From Octopus sinensis (Eukaryota), in NCBI RefSeq assembly GCF_006345805.1, contig NC_043024.1, positions 12,896,001 to 12,960,000 of the forward strand: a stretch of DNA of 64,000 nucleotides, given 5' to 3'. Made by a program: the position numbers and the translations under genes. Positions 1-13,899 of this stretch are shown here, in pieces (position 1 is the stretch's first letter; the number at the start of each line of letters is the position of its first letter). The notes beneath the pieces were generated by a model. The model saw only the letters and a list, made by a program, of their open reading frames with translations. It made no database searches and was not told the DNA's origin.

Positions 1-404
1 GCTTTTAAAGCAGAGTCATTAACTACAGAGCTATCTGTAATCCAAAGCGATTTAAAAATAGATGGAAAAACATACTCGATTCGCACACTCAGATTGTTGG
101 CGATATTTCGTTGTCCAAGAATTACGAAACATATCTAATCACACAGAGCCACGCCATTAGACAAACATGAATATGTGTATAATACACGATTAAAACCGAT
201 ATATCAGCGATATAGATAATTTGTTATGAAAACGAAGTAAGATGTATTGTTACCGTACTGCATGTCTCGGGTAATTCATTTATCATATGTAAACAATATT
301 TCTAAATAGATACTCCAAATGTTTGTGTATGCGTATTTGTATCCCTGAGTGTATATGTGTGTGTGTGTGTGTGTATACGTATATACACACACATATTTAT
401 ATTC

Positions 405-600
405 GGTGAGAATTTACTAAAAAAGAAGACGAAGACGAGTGTGTAAACAACAAACAGATATATTAGTTTAACGCTAGAGAAGTGAGAAAGTCTTTTATAT
501 TTCGAGCCTACGCTCTTCGACAGAAAGGAACACAGGAAGAAATAAACAGAAAGAGAAAATAAAAGAAAGGTTTAGTGGCTAGCGATCTATCATGGCGAAT
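405..600 (-). mobile_element. Penelope-like element terminal (pLTR) remnant with hammerhead-like motif
   Basis: Short unique island between CA/TA microsatellites containing the hammerhead-like motif at 492-527; a related fragment occurs at ~11145-11200. Confidence 0.6.
492..527 (-). ncRNA. Minimal type-I hammerhead-like motif, variant core
   Basis: Minus strand reads CTTT CTGTCGA A GAGC-GTAG-GCTC GAAA TA TA AAAG: stem I CTTT/AAAG, 4-bp stem II, palindromic stem III; core has U in place of A6. Confidence 0.5.
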
Positions 601-662
601 GTGTGTGTATGTGCGTGTATATATATATACATACTGGCATGCAGACATAAATATATATGTAA

Positions 663-723
<61 letters not shown>

Positions 724-1574
724 CATACATACATACAAGTAGTAAACATAATGTATAATTTCATAACTTAGAAACTGCTAAAAGGTAACCCAAATATATG
801 TGAGTATATTTACACACATACATATACACGCATACCATATACACACGCATATATGTAGATACACGCGTGCCTATACATATGAACATATATCATAAGCGTA
901 TATAAATTTATATTTCACACACACACAAACTCGGCCTCACAAACGTTCCTTTATATTAAACACTGCCAATCGAGAGTCATTGAAATGTGGAGAAATTTGT
1001 TTGCCTCGGGGCATTATCATGAGATTAATTGAATTTTCTAGTCAAAACGAGAACGTTAAATGCTAGTTTATAGAATTAAAGGTACCGTTAACCTATAGAA
1101 CGAAGGTGAGGAAATGGAAGAATGTAGAATTCCTAGTGCTCTTTCAAGATCATGTTTCCCTTAATTTCCGAACCTTGGCAAACTTGCAAACACTAACTGC
1201 AATTATCCGAAAAGGATGAAGCAATGCCAGAAAGAAATAAAAGAATATTTATCAAAAGCTATCCCTTCAATGAAACACATTAGACAATATTCTAAAGCTC
1301 GCTCAACCTTATCTTTGAGTGTTGTGAGTTTTTGTGGAAGTCTGTCTTTGTATGCTCGTCCATTTCTGTGTGTGGAACCGTCACAGAAATTTTGCTGTTG
1401 GCTGATTAAATATTGTAATAATAAAAGCCTTCATAATGTCGAATTTAGAAGAGAAATTATGTGTATGTGCGTCCACGTGTGTGTACGTACGTGTGACTTG
1501 CAATGCGTTCGTACGCGTGTCCTTGTGTGCTTTTGTATACGTATACACACACACACACACACACATATATATAC

Positions 1575-1606
<32 letters not shown>

Positions 1607-2568
1607 GCATTTGTAGCACTGTGCGTTTGTAGATATAGTTATGAGAAAATATGTATATATGTGTGTATATGGACATATATGTATACACATATATATATGA
1701 TCATGTACACTAATATATGAAAGTATTTATATATATGTATATATATATATATATGCTTATATATATATGTATATACAACCTTATACATGTGTACACACAC
1801 ACATATATGTATATATATCCATATGTGTATTCATTTATGTATATATATATATATACATACACATACATACATAGATCTATGTGTTTGCATGTATGTATAT
1901 AAGTATGTGGGAGCGGCCTTTTTGAGCCATAATTCTCATAAAAATCCAAAATTACGAGTTCCTTTGGCGACCTTAAGAATGTAACACTGAAAGACGTTCA
2001 ACGTATAATGAGAAACAATGTTGTTAAATTGTTGAAGGCTTCCACATAAATAGAAAATAAAGAAAAACAAAAAGAATAATCTATTGCAGCATAGAATGAC
2101 AATATGTGTGCTAATACCTCTTGGTCCTCTTCTGTAATAAAAGATTGCTTCTGTGGTTTCACTCTTTCAGGCTTTGTCGCAATGCAATTCTGCCCGAAAC
2201 CAGCAAATATGTAGTAAACGGTGACGTGAAGTTTAAATACAGAAAGAGATGAGGACGAAAATCATATACAGACACGAGCTGGTTCCTCTTCGACTTGTCT
2301 GACGTTATCTGCCGAAGAAGCAAATACACTGGGATGTGGTTAACATGAAATTATATAAGATGAATCATAAGAACTCAACGGAGAAGGTCTTAAATCGAGT
2401 AAGACAGATGTACTGAAGATGCTGCACAAATAGTTGTGAATAAATATAAATTGCTCACGGCTGAGGCATAAATCAAAAGTGAGGAAATAAAACGGAAAGA
2501 ATAGATCTTCGAAATACAAATTTAACAAATACAATCTCTCTCTCTCACTCTCTCACTTTTTCTGTGTT

Positions 2569-2621
<53 letters not shown>

Positions 2622-2771
2622 GCTATTTCTATTTATTGCGAAGCACGCACACATGACGAACACAAATGATGACCACCCACAAGTTTTTCATCATCCAAAT
2701 TCATCGACGGAACGGTGAACCCAAGTGTTTGAGAAGCGAATAGCATAAAACCGCACGCGTACATATGGATA

Positions 2772-2919
2772 TGACAAGCTTCCACACAGTTTCTGCCAAC
2801 GAAGTTCATCCACAAGTTATTGGCCGACCTCGAGTTATTGTAGAAGACACTCACTGAAACTGAAATCGGAACCAAGATGTTGCAAGCGAACTTCTTCACC
2901 ACACAGCCACACTTGCGCC
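2772..2919 (-). mobile_element. tRNA-derived SINE family A, degenerate 5' part
   Basis: Ends ...accacacagccacacttgcgcc, the reverse complement of the family A head at 11338. Confidence 0.65.
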
Positions 2920-3129
2920 TATGTACATAGAACTCAAAAACCCAGGCTTTTCACCTTTTTGTCTCATTGATTCTGCCTGAGAATTACATTACGGGTACAT
3001 TCGGTCAATGGCATTAATCTCACCAGTTATGGAGAATATAGGAAAACCATCAGCAGAGCAAAGTCTTTCTGTTCGAGTCCAAAAGGAAAAGAAATTAAGA
3101 AGAAAACAACATTTATTCCTTCATTCCTG

Positions 3130-3400
3130 AGGCTTCTTCGTCCAATTATTCCCGAGAGCGTCGTAGGAACAGAGTCCCCAGGCAGGTTTTCAATCGGATC
3201 TGGTTACAAGCCACCGTCTCCAATTAATCCGGCTGGATTCCCAACCGAGACCTACCGATCTTATGGATGGTGCTTAACCATCTTGATCGTGGGTCTCTTG
3301 CCGTTTGGCTCTTGCCCGTAAAAATCTGTCCAGCGATTCTTTGCTATCACAATCTTGTGACATGTCCGAAGTGCTGTGAAGAAGTGGCTCAATCCGGAGC
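3130..3400 (-). mobile_element. RTE-clade LINE 3' remnant
   Basis: Minus-strand translation HFGHVTRL..RIAGQIF followed by a degenerate GRPRxRW-like segment and SRLGI, typical of the RTE C-terminus; disrupted by stops and frameshifts. Confidence 0.55.
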
Positions 3401-4106
3401 GCTTCTCTCATACTAGAGCGACCTACTCAATCGAGGAACGTTACATCAGAAATAAAATTCCATGACTGTTTGTGTCTAGCGAGAGATTTGAATTGAAATT
3501 TTGTAATGAAATTCAATAAGTTACATTAGAAAAATGCCATTCTAACCATTTTCAAAACACATACAAAAATGTGTTGAATTCATTTCTGAAATACTTCTTG
3601 CGATATAAGAAAAAACAAAAATTCGTTGCTCAAGTGTGGAAATACGTCTGTGATGAAGTTGTCGTTGGACGACGAAAGCTTCAAATGTGAAGAAATGAAT
3701 ACAAACTGTGTTTAACCATTGGAGAGTGTACGGCGTTTCCGAATGAATCAACAAAGCAAATAGAGAACGTAGAGTAAAGGAGACAGACACCTCTCCACTT
3801 CCTATTATCAAACAGAATTAAAAAGCAACAACAACAACAACAACTACAATAATAATAATAATATTTGGAGGAAATAATCAATTATCAGTGAGTGAGTGAG
3901 ACTTGTTTGAGTTTGAACGCCGAACCTCAAGTGTACTTAATGTTTGCATTCATGTGGGAGGCGGCATCTTTTGTAATTTAGTTACTTTAAAATGGTTACA
4001 GAAAATAAATAAATAAATAAATATCTTTCTCCCTCTTTGCATGTCTGTGTGTATGCATAAATAGCTAAATAGATAGAGATATAGATATGTGTGCATACAT
4101 GTACTT

Positions 4107-4151
<45 letters not shown>

Positions 4152-4163
4152 GGTATGTATATA

Positions 4164-4648
4164 TTTCTTTTACATGTTTCAGTCGTTTAACTGCGGCCAT
4201 GCAGGTGCATTGCCTTTAGTTGAGCAAATCTACCCCAGGATTTATTCTTTGTAACCCTAGTACTTATTCTATCGGTTACTTTTGCCGAACCGTAAAGTTA
4301 CGGGTACGTAAACACACCAGCATCGGTTGTCAAGTGATATTGGGGACAAACACAGATGCACAAATATATACACACATACATAATACACACACACACACAC
4401 ACATATATATGCATGTATATATATATATATATATTATATATAATATATTATATGCATGTATATAAATATATATATATATATATAAATGACGGGCTTCTTT
4501 CAGTTTCCCTCAACCAAAACCTCTCACTAGGCTTTGGTAGGCTCGAGGCTATAGTAGAAGACACTTGCTCGAGGTGCTACGCAGTGGATTGAACCCAGAA
4601 CCATGTGGCTGGCAACCAAGTTACTTACCACACAGCCACTCCTGCACC
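4164..4648 (-). mobile_element. tRNA-derived SINE family A, full length with internal microsatellite
   Basis: Reverse complement of the 11338-11757 element. Confidence 0.9.
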
Positions 4649-4781
4649 TATCACACACACACACACACACACCACACACATCGATTTCTCTTTATCCTGT
4701 CTTCTCTCTCTCTTTTCCTATTTCTCTACCTGTCTATCTGTTTATCTATTTATCACAGAGTATATATATATATATATGTAT

Positions 4782-4824
<43 letters not shown>

Positions 4825-5454
4825 CACCAGTATGAATACATTGAATATATGTGTAATTAGATAATTAGATCTCCATACCTATCTGCGTTTGGAAAATGGA
4901 GGTGAGGATTGGCAGACATTGGCCTCCGACCGATGTAAACGTAAATTGTTATTTTTGCTCTCCTCTCTTCACCAACCTCCACCACTACCCCCCATACTTC
5001 CTCCACTAACAGCGTTATCATCTTCAACATCATCTCCCCCACAATCTCTCCCTACGTACCCATCTTTGTCGTCATCATCATCATCATCATGATCGTAGTC
5101 TTTCCGAAATTATTCTTATTTTCGTCTCTCTTATCGTATTTATCCATCTTATCATCCCCTCTACCATCCTTCCGTCTATCCATCATTTGCTGGAATTTAT
5201 TATGATCTCTTTGATAGAAATCAACATGGCGACGAGTTTTTCTGTATGTTACTTCATAACACTCTTTCTTCTTGTCTCTCTCTCTCACCCACCTCTTAAT
5301 TTCTCTCTCTCTCTCTCTCCCTCTACGTCTCTGTATTACTCGAAAATTCAGAAATATTCTTTAGTAATTAGCTGTTTTCCATACGAAGACTTTTTGCCGT
5401 CTTCTTGCAAGCGTTATCACGATTCCAGTAGAGGAGATAACCAGTATATATAAT

Positions 5455-5697
5455 ATACATGCATACAGCCATACACCTCTATACATACATAAATACATAC
5501 ATACATACATACATACATACGTAGGTACATACATACATACACACGTACATACATACATACATACATACATACACACATACATACACACGTACATACATAC
5601 ACACGTATATACATACATACATAGATGCATACATACATACATACAAACATACATACATACATACATACGTACGTGTGTGTGTGTGGTGTGTGTGTGA
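5455..5697. repeat. (TACA)n / (TG)n microsatellite
   Basis: Direct tetranucleotide repeat. Confidence 0.95.
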
Positions 5698-5954
5698 AAT
5701 ATTTTTAGAGTATTTTCTATCTTTGATGGTTATTTTTTCTGCTTTCTTTTTTCAATGACATTTTTTTTTTATATTTGATATCATTTGACGTTATTGTTTT
5801 CATATTTGATGAAACGAAAATCACTGTTAAAGATTGCAGTCCTCCATAGAACAGAAGAGGAACGAAGAGGAATGAAGATCTCTATCAAGTCTATACAATC
5901 TAAAATTTATCTAGGCATGAACTTATACTCATTGTATTATGACTATCATTAGTC

Positions 5955-5988
<34 letters not shown>

Positions 5989-6029
5989 CATTATTATTAT
6001 TGTTGTTGTTACTCTTCGTTGTATTTTCA

Positions 6030-6360
6030 ATTACTGTTAGCTGTCAGCTTTTGCTCTGTTAATAAGAATATGATATCCGGTTTGTGTGTAGCATGTTGAT
6101 TAAGATGGAATATTTGATTTGCCATCTCTGCCTCACGTACTTCGATACTGTAGCCGTTTCTCGAGTGATTGGACGAGGAGGATATGCTGCCGAAGCAGGT
6201 TAATGCTTGCCATGTGGTGGTCATGTGCTCTAAGTATCGGAAAAATCCAGCCGAGTCGCTCAAATAATTGTCGGTTTCGAATCTGCTTACTTCGCTTTCC
6301 AAATGCTATATTTTTTCTTCGTGATCCAAGAATGCTATTGAGATAACTCTTTGTGATCGG
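6030..6360 (-). mobile_element. Probable RTE-like LINE 3' remnant
   Basis: Minus translation GFFRYLEHM resembles LRFFGHxxRM; adjacent to an (ATT)n/(GTT)n tail. Confidence 0.35.
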
Positions 6361-6429
6361 AACTAGACTGTGACGAGTTCTGATTAAACTTCTTTCTTTC
6401 AGACCAATAAATATATTTTAAAAAAGGGT

Positions 6430-6642
6430 TTTTAATTTTAGCAAAAATACCAGCAATATCGATGGGGGTGGGGGTGGGGAGTGAAGACCATTACATCGAT
6501 CCCACTGCTCAACTGGTATTTATTTTATCGACATTGATGGAATGAAGAACCAAATCGATATCGATGGAATTTTAACCCCAAACGTAAAGATGGGGGAATG
6601 CCGCTAAGCATTTTGCCCGGCGTTTTAACGATTCTACCAGCT
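6430..6642 (-). mobile_element. tRNA-derived SINE family B, degenerate
   Basis: Colinear with 14393-14601. Confidence 0.75.
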
Positions 6643-7114
6643 GGTAGAGATCTTCATTTGGTCTAAAGTTGATTTGGAGTTAATCTAAAATAACCAGAAG
6701 AACATATAGTGATTCCTTTAACGATACTATTGACAAAGAAAATCCAAGTGTGATAATGGCGACACTTGTTCTCAAAGCTTAAACTATAAAGGAAAGGATC
6801 ATTTCAGTAGCAGAGTGTGTTTACATAAGATTGTTATCCAAGGACATAATACGGAAGCAACCTGTAGCCGTAACAAAGTGGTTCTTGGAATATCCAGATA
6901 AGGCCTCGTCAAACACATGGTTCATTAAAACCCTTTGATCTATTCCATAAACCTTTCATTTGTAGGTCAGAATGTATCTGGTCCTGCGTTATCCGGAGTA
7001 TCACATTCTATTTGAAGGACAATGGGGTTTAGCTGCTAAGTTTAGCAACTAGAGTCTCTCTCCCGTGTTCTTTACATTTAGTGAACCCTCTTGGTCAGAC
7101 TTGATCAAAATATT

Positions 7115-7325
7115 GATTTCTAATTTTGGAACAAGGCCAGTAATTTCGGGTGAAGGCGTACATCGTTTGCATCGAATCCCGTGATTAACGGATACTTATT
7201 TTATCGACCCTGGAAGAATGAAAGGCAAAGTCGACTCCGGGGGAATTTGAACAAACCCTAAGTCGGACGTGATGTCACTAAGCATTTTATCCGGTGCGCT
7301 GATGATTCCGCCAGACAGCCACCTT
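7115..7325 (-). mobile_element. SINE family B
   Basis: ttatcgaccc..gaatgaaaggcaaagtcgac..gaatttgaac core. Confidence 0.8.
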
Positions 7326-7387
7326 CGCCGTGAGCAAAATATTACGATTTTAAATCGTTATATTACGATCACAATATATACGAAATA

Positions 7388-7563
7388 CCGTGGTGTCCAG
7401 AACAAAACGACTGCAGAGTACTTTGTGAAGGTAGTTCGATCCATAGCTCCACGTTCGACAAACCTGGTGAATAAAATTCGGTGGAGGTAAATTATGTGGG
7501 AGAAAGACGGACTTGGTGTTACTGTCCCGGCGTTTAAACTTGAGTCGTTCTCCTATTTTACGG
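7388..7563. mobile_element. Putative MITE with 9-bp flanking direct repeat
   Basis: TACGAAATA at 7379-7387 and 7564-7572; termini CCGT...ACGG. Confidence 0.45.
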
Positions 7564-7830
7564 TACGAAATAGCGCTTAGATAATGAATTTATCAGCTTC
7601 CACTCTGTTGCAACAGGGGTTCCTCCCGCTCCTCCCGAACACCGCAAAAAGGGTTCGAGACAGGGTAACCCCGCAACTACCCCTTTGACCACACGTACCT
7701 GCAAATGTTCAGTGAAACTGTTTTAGAGACTCTTTTGCTAACTCGGGGCCCTTTGGTGTCACCGAGGTCTTTTGGTTACTTCCTATCTCCTTATATATAT
7801 ACATAAATATATATATATATACATATATAT

Positions 7831-8024
7831 GAAAGAAGGTTTGAAAATGCAATTTTAAAAGATATTTATTTACTTTACCGGTTTCAGTCTCTGGAAGTTA
7901 CTTTTGACAATCTTTTTCCAAAGGGTGAAACTGGTAAAGTAAATAAACATCTTTTAAAATTGCATTTTCAAACCTTCTTTCGTATATAATTCCACTCGTG
8001 CGGTACCCTACAACTCCACTTTGT

Positions 8025-8025
<1 letters not shown>
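7831..8025 (+). mobile_element. Fold-back PLE pLTR remnant
   Basis: 56-bp inverted arms 7831-7886 and 7926-7981 containing a GAAAC(C/T)GGTA hammerhead 3' half; inserted in (TA)n. Confidence 0.6.
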
Positions 8026-8057
<32 letters not shown>

Positions 8058-8689
8058 TATATGTATATACAATCGATAGTGACGGAGATACACTCTGTAA
8101 ATACTCTCAGCATTATTCAATCCTGCAGAATTGGCTGATGCCATGAACGTACGCAAGAAAATCTCTCTGAGATTGACTGATCGATCATAGCCTGTGATAT
8201 GGCAATACATACAGAGAGGCAGGCAGAGTGATGATGTCTGATCAACAGGATATTGTTTTATGTATTGATATGAGCAGGAATTACCATCAGATCGATGAAG
8301 CAGTCCCAACAGACGGTAAGATATCTATAAGAGAATCGCAAAATCTATTTAAACGTACAATGATCCGTAGAGATTATCAGGAATGGAGAGTTTAAAAATA
8401 GAAAGGATGACGAAAATAATGGAGAATTATTATAAAACATATACAGGCGAATACATAAACAAAACCTAATGGAAAGGCATATAAATGACTGGCGGAAGAT
8501 ATATCAGTAGAAGGAGAGCTAAATACATATTTGGATATTGAAGAAAGGAACTGAGCTGCGCTGCTTTGTGCCCTGGGATCGTGTAAACTCGACTCAGGGA
8601 TTGGAAATTAATAACCACAACTGGTAGAAATTTCGGCATAAGGCCACAAGGTCAACAATTTCAGAGCAGTGGTATAGTCGAACACATTC

Positions 8690-9017
8690 ATGCTGAGTGG
8701 TTAGAGCGTCGGGCTTACGACCGTGAGGTTGTGTGTTCGAATCCGGGACCGGGCTGCGAGTTGTGTTCTTGAGCAAGACACTTTATTTCACGTTGCTCCT
8801 GTTCACTCAGCTGTAGAAATGAGTTGCGATGTCACAGGGGCCAAGCTGTATCGGCCCCTTTGCCTTTCCCTTGGATAACATCTGTGGCGAAGAGAGGGGA
8901 GGCTGGGATGCATGGGCGAGTGATGGCCTTCCGGAAACAACCTTGCCCAGACTTGTGCCTCGAAGGGTAACCTTCTAGGTGCAATCCCATGGGATTTCAT
9001 AATCGAAGGGGGTCTCC
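8690..9017 (+). mobile_element. tRNA-derived SINE family C (CORE/V-like body)
   Basis: A box-like GCTGAGTGG, B box GTTCGAATCC, body TTGTGTTCTTGAGCAAGACACTTTATTTCACGTTGCTCC; nested inside a family B copy. Confidence 0.8.
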
Positions 9018-9165
9018 GCACTACTTGACTGGGGCTTATTTTATCGACCCCAAAAGCATGAAAGGCAAATTCAACGTTGGCAGAATTTGAACTCAGAACG
9101 TAAAGAGCCGAAAGAAATACTGCTAAACATTTGATCTGATACGCTAACTATTCAACCAAGACGCC
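9018..9165 (-). mobile_element. SINE family B, 5' part (3' part at ~8625-8690)
   Basis: Family B core split by the SINE C insertion. Confidence 0.75.
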
Positions 9166-9267
9166 TTATCATCATCATCATCATCATAATCATTATCAAG
9201 ATCGTAATCTTGACTATCATCATCATCATCAACTTCCCCATGAGCATTAATGATAATCGTATTAATG

Positions 9268-9470
9268 GTTTCAAATCTTGGCACAAGGTCATCAGTTTTG
9301 GAATGTAAGGAGAGTCGATTAAATCGACTCCAGTGCTAAACTGATGCTTATTTCATCGACCCCCGAAAAGATGAAGAGCAAAGTGGTCCTTACTCGAATT
9401 TGAACTCAGAACGCAAACGCTAACCAAAAGTCACTAAACATTTTTCCTGACTTGGTAAACATTCTGCCAG
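9268..9470 (-). mobile_element. SINE family B
   Basis: Colinear with 14393-14601. Confidence 0.75.
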
Positions 9471-9869
9471 TACACCACCACATCCTCCTCCTCATCAGCA
9501 TCATTAATATTGTTATTATTAATAATGATGATGATTATGATGATGAAGATGAGTAAAGATGAAAGAATAGAGGAAATTAGGGGAAAGTGAAAAAAAAATG
9601 GAAATAAAAGAACAAACAAAAAGAAATCCAAATTTGAATAAAATTCATTGTTCGCCCCGGCAAAGACAAACAAAACAAAATGGTGAAGATATTGAATTGC
9701 TTAAATTTGATTTTATTGATTGATAATTATGAAGTATTGAACTGCTACAACAATAAACGCAGACGGAGAGACATTGTGACACGAAGCAAAATGAAAGAAA
9801 GCAAAAGGCGTCAGGTTTGTGACAAGAGTGCGCAGATAGACATGTTTATATGCGGGCGTATGTGTGCGT

Positions 9870-10720
9870 CTGTTTATGTATGTGTGTATATATATATGTG
9901 CGTGTGTGTGTGTATGTATGTAGTATATATATATATGCATCTATATATACTGTATATATTCATATATACATATTTATATACATAATACAGACATATATAT
10001 GTGTGTGCTTATGTGTGTATATATATTCATATATATGCAAGGAATATATATATATATATATATACATGTATTTATATCATGTATTTATATATATATATTA
10101 AATACATATATAATAGATACTATATATCTATATTGTATATACATATATACATGTATCATATAATATATACATTATTACATATACACATATGTAGCATATA
10201 TATATATATACATATATATACATATACACATATGTAGCATATATATATATATACATATATATATATAGATACATATATATATAGACACACATATATATAG
10301 ACACATATATATATATAGATACACATATATATAAATATGTATATACATATATACATATATAGTATATATATATGTATATATATGCATATATACAAATGTA
10401 TAGCATAGATATGTATATACATATATAGCATTTGTATATATATATAGAATATATATAACCTATGTTTCTGAGTTTATGTATGTAGATATGTAAAAAATGT
10501 GTGCGTACGTGCGTGTATTTGTGCATGCATGCATTGATTGTATGTGTAGCAACATGTACACACACACGTCCACACAGAGGTACACACACACATATATACA
10601 TATATACATCTACGAACACACACGTATAAATAAAGAAGCATATGTGCGCATACATATATACAAAAGCATATGAATACATATATATATATATATATATTCA
10701 GATATGTGTGTGTGTGTGTA
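9870..10720. repeat. Compound (TA)n/(TG)n/(CA)n microsatellite tract
   Basis: Degenerate dinucleotide repeats. Confidence 0.95.
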
Positions 10721-10914
10721 GATGCGTGAGTGTGTGGGTCACTTAAAGCCCGTTAGCTATAGAGAATATGCAGAAAGCCATCTTCGTACATGGAGTAATA
10801 AACGTATACACACGCTTACTCTCAATCAAACGTTAAAAGTACATACATACAACTATGTGTGTTTGTGTGTGTATATATGTGTGCACACACTCTTACGTGT
10901 ATATATATATATAG

Positions 10915-10951
<37 letters not shown>

Positions 10952-11078
10952 TTATATATGTATTCATGTATATATATATATATATACATATTTGTCCTTT
11001 GTCTACGTTTTTCTGATATCACTGTGTATTCAATACATTTTCCCTTTATTGTGTAACTGAACGCCACGCATCCCGACT

Positions 11079-11119
<41 letters not shown>

Positions 11120-11337
11120 ATATATATGTAGTTGAAATATAGAGAAAAATAAAAGACGAAGGTACAACAAGCAGGTGTATTAGTTTGACGCTCGGGAAAA
11201 TGGAGAGAGAATGGAAGAAATGGTAATGGCAAGTATATTCCTGTTTCGAGGCCTGAAGTTAACAATACTAAAAAATTACCCCGAAGACCACGTTTTTAGA
11301 TACACATGTAGTACTTTTCAAGCTATAGCATCAGTTA

Positions 11338-11757
11338 GGCGCAGGAGTGGCTGTGTGGTAAGTAGCTTGCTAACCAACCACATGGTTCCGGGTTCAGTCC
11401 CACTGCGTGGCATCTTGGGCAAGTGACTTCTGCTATAGCCCCGGGCCGACCAATGCCTTGTGAGTGGATTTGGTAGACGGAAACTGAAAGAAGCCTGTCG
11501 TATATATGTATATATATATGTGTGTATGTGTGTTTGTGTGTCTGTGTTTGTTCCCCTAGCATTGCTTGCCAACCGATGCTGGTGTGTTTACGTCCCCGTC
11601 ACTTAGCGGTTCGGCAAAAGAGACCGATAGAATAAGTACTGGGCTTACAAAGAATAAGTCCCGGGGTCGATTTGCTCGACTAAAGGCGGTGCTCCTGCAT
11701 GGCCGCAGTCAAATGACTGAAACAAGTAAAAGAGTAAAAGAGAGTAAAAGAGTAAAG
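11338..11757 (+). mobile_element. tRNA-derived SINE family A (octopus-type), full length
   Basis: GGCGCAGGAGTGGCTGTGTGG A box, GGTTCAGTCCC B box, internal TA/TG tract, GTCGA-N5-TCGAC hairpin, (GAGTAAAA)n tail. Confidence 0.92.
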
Positions 11758-12081
11758 TTAATTCGCTTCTCATGGTTGCTTTTTCCGTCTCATTGACGAC
11801 TGCTTTCGGTTTCTCGTGCTACAATTCTGAGTGTAATATCTGCTTTGAGAGAATTCCTTAAACTGTTGCTTATGGAATCGTTGAAGACTGGATCTTTGGT
11901 TTAACAAGTGTCAAATCCTTAGAAATTGCACCAGCTAATTTTTATCGAGGATTTAAATGAAATACGCTTGTGGGGAGGAGGGGGTCAACGATCAGTGTGT
12001 TTTTAAAAGTCAATGCTTTACGGAGAAAGCAATTTAAATCAGAACGAAGCATTTTCAATAGACAAGACTATTATTATTATT

Positions 12082-12124
<43 letters not shown>

Positions 12125-12374
12125 GTAGCATTATAAGCAACATCAGAGTAGTAGTAGTAGTAATGGTATGTGATAAAAAGTTTGCATAACACGTTGCTGA
12201 TTAGAAACGGCAGGAGAAAAAAAGTAATTACACGAATAACAAAAAAAAAAAGATAAAAGAAAAAAGTTGATGTCACTCCTAAAAGGCTAAATGCTGATGT
12301 AACATATGTAATTTATGTATGCTGACACAGACTCACACACAACACACATATAAATAGACGTATCCATATAACTT

Positions 12375-12398
12375 GAATATATATATATATATATATAT

Positions 12399-12437
<39 letters not shown>

Positions 12438-12685
12438 TATATATATAGCATGTATATATATAAACATGTATATATATGTATATAAACGTATATATATATA
12501 TATAAATAAACATGTATATATGTATATATAAACAGTATATATGTATATATAAACATGTATATATGTATATATAATATATATAACATATATATATATATAT
12601 ATATGTATTATAATATAAACATGTATATATATATATATATGTGCGTTTATACTTTATATACACGCATACCTGCATATACCTCTAC

Positions 12686-12725
<40 letters not shown>

Positions 12726-12820
12726 ATAAACATATGTATGCACATACACATATATATGTATATATACGTACAGACCCACACAAGTGTATGTTTGTGTATG
12801 TGTGTGTGTGGGTGCGTGCA
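12375..12820. repeat. (TA)n tract punctuated by AAACATG units
   Basis: Direct observation. Confidence 0.9.
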
Positions 12821-13769
12821 TGTGATATACAAAGTCTGTGAGAGAGGGAAATGGTGGGCTTGCTTGCGAGAGAGATAGTAACAGGGAGAAATGGAGAGAG
12901 AGCAAGAGGTGGTAGGAAAGAGTAATAAAGATGAAGGTGGAAAAGATTCGTCATCTCGTTGATATCAAAATGTTTGTGATTGAATTATATCCATGATTAC
13001 CTGGCAGAGCTCAACGACAACGAAGACATAAAAAAAACAACTAAAAACAGTAATAAAAATACAAAAATAAGCAAAACAATACAAAAAATTCCCCCCTCCC
13101 AATCCCCATCGCAGAAAAATAACGAAAAGAAATGTAAAATACTCATAAATGTGAAAAAGTAATAAAAGAAAAAAAATTGGTCATAAATAAGAGTGGAATA
13201 ATAAGAACTCGATGTTGAAGAATTCTTCAAAATTAACCGAAAATTACATTGAAAGTAATTTCCTTTATGAGGTAAACTAGCTTTGGTTTCTGACATTTGA
13301 CAATGGTAAAATGGGATGAAATGAAAAGAAGGAATGAATAAAGAAATACGGAGAAAAATAAATATATAAATAAATACAAATATGCAAAGAAAAACTTATT
13401 TATCTTTTTTTTTTTGAAAAAAAAATGGTAACATTAAGGAAATTGGAAATGATATTTTCTGTTCAATTGGAATTTCAGCGATTTAAAGATAAGATAAAGA
13501 ACAGAGAGAAGTGTGCGATTATAACACACAGACACACACACAAACATACACACATATATGTATGTGTACTTGTGTGTGTGTGTGTGTGTATATACTTACA
13601 TATTTACTTACACAGACGTGCGTAAACATTTAGCTACATATATGAGTGTGTGTATATTTTTACCTGCACATGACAAGAGTATGCTTAGAAAAATGTGTCA
13701 GCATTGCCAGTAACAATATATATTATATATATATATATTATATATATATATATATATATATGTGTGTGG

Positions 13770-13800
<31 letters not shown>

Positions 13801-13862
13801 TGCGTGTGCATGTATATTATATATTTAATACGTACATATACATGCACATATTATACAAACAT

Positions 13863-13899
<37 letters not shown>

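Noticed and set aside
8690-8760. tRNA-like sequence
   Set aside because: It is a SINE head continuing into a SINE body, with no complete acceptor stem
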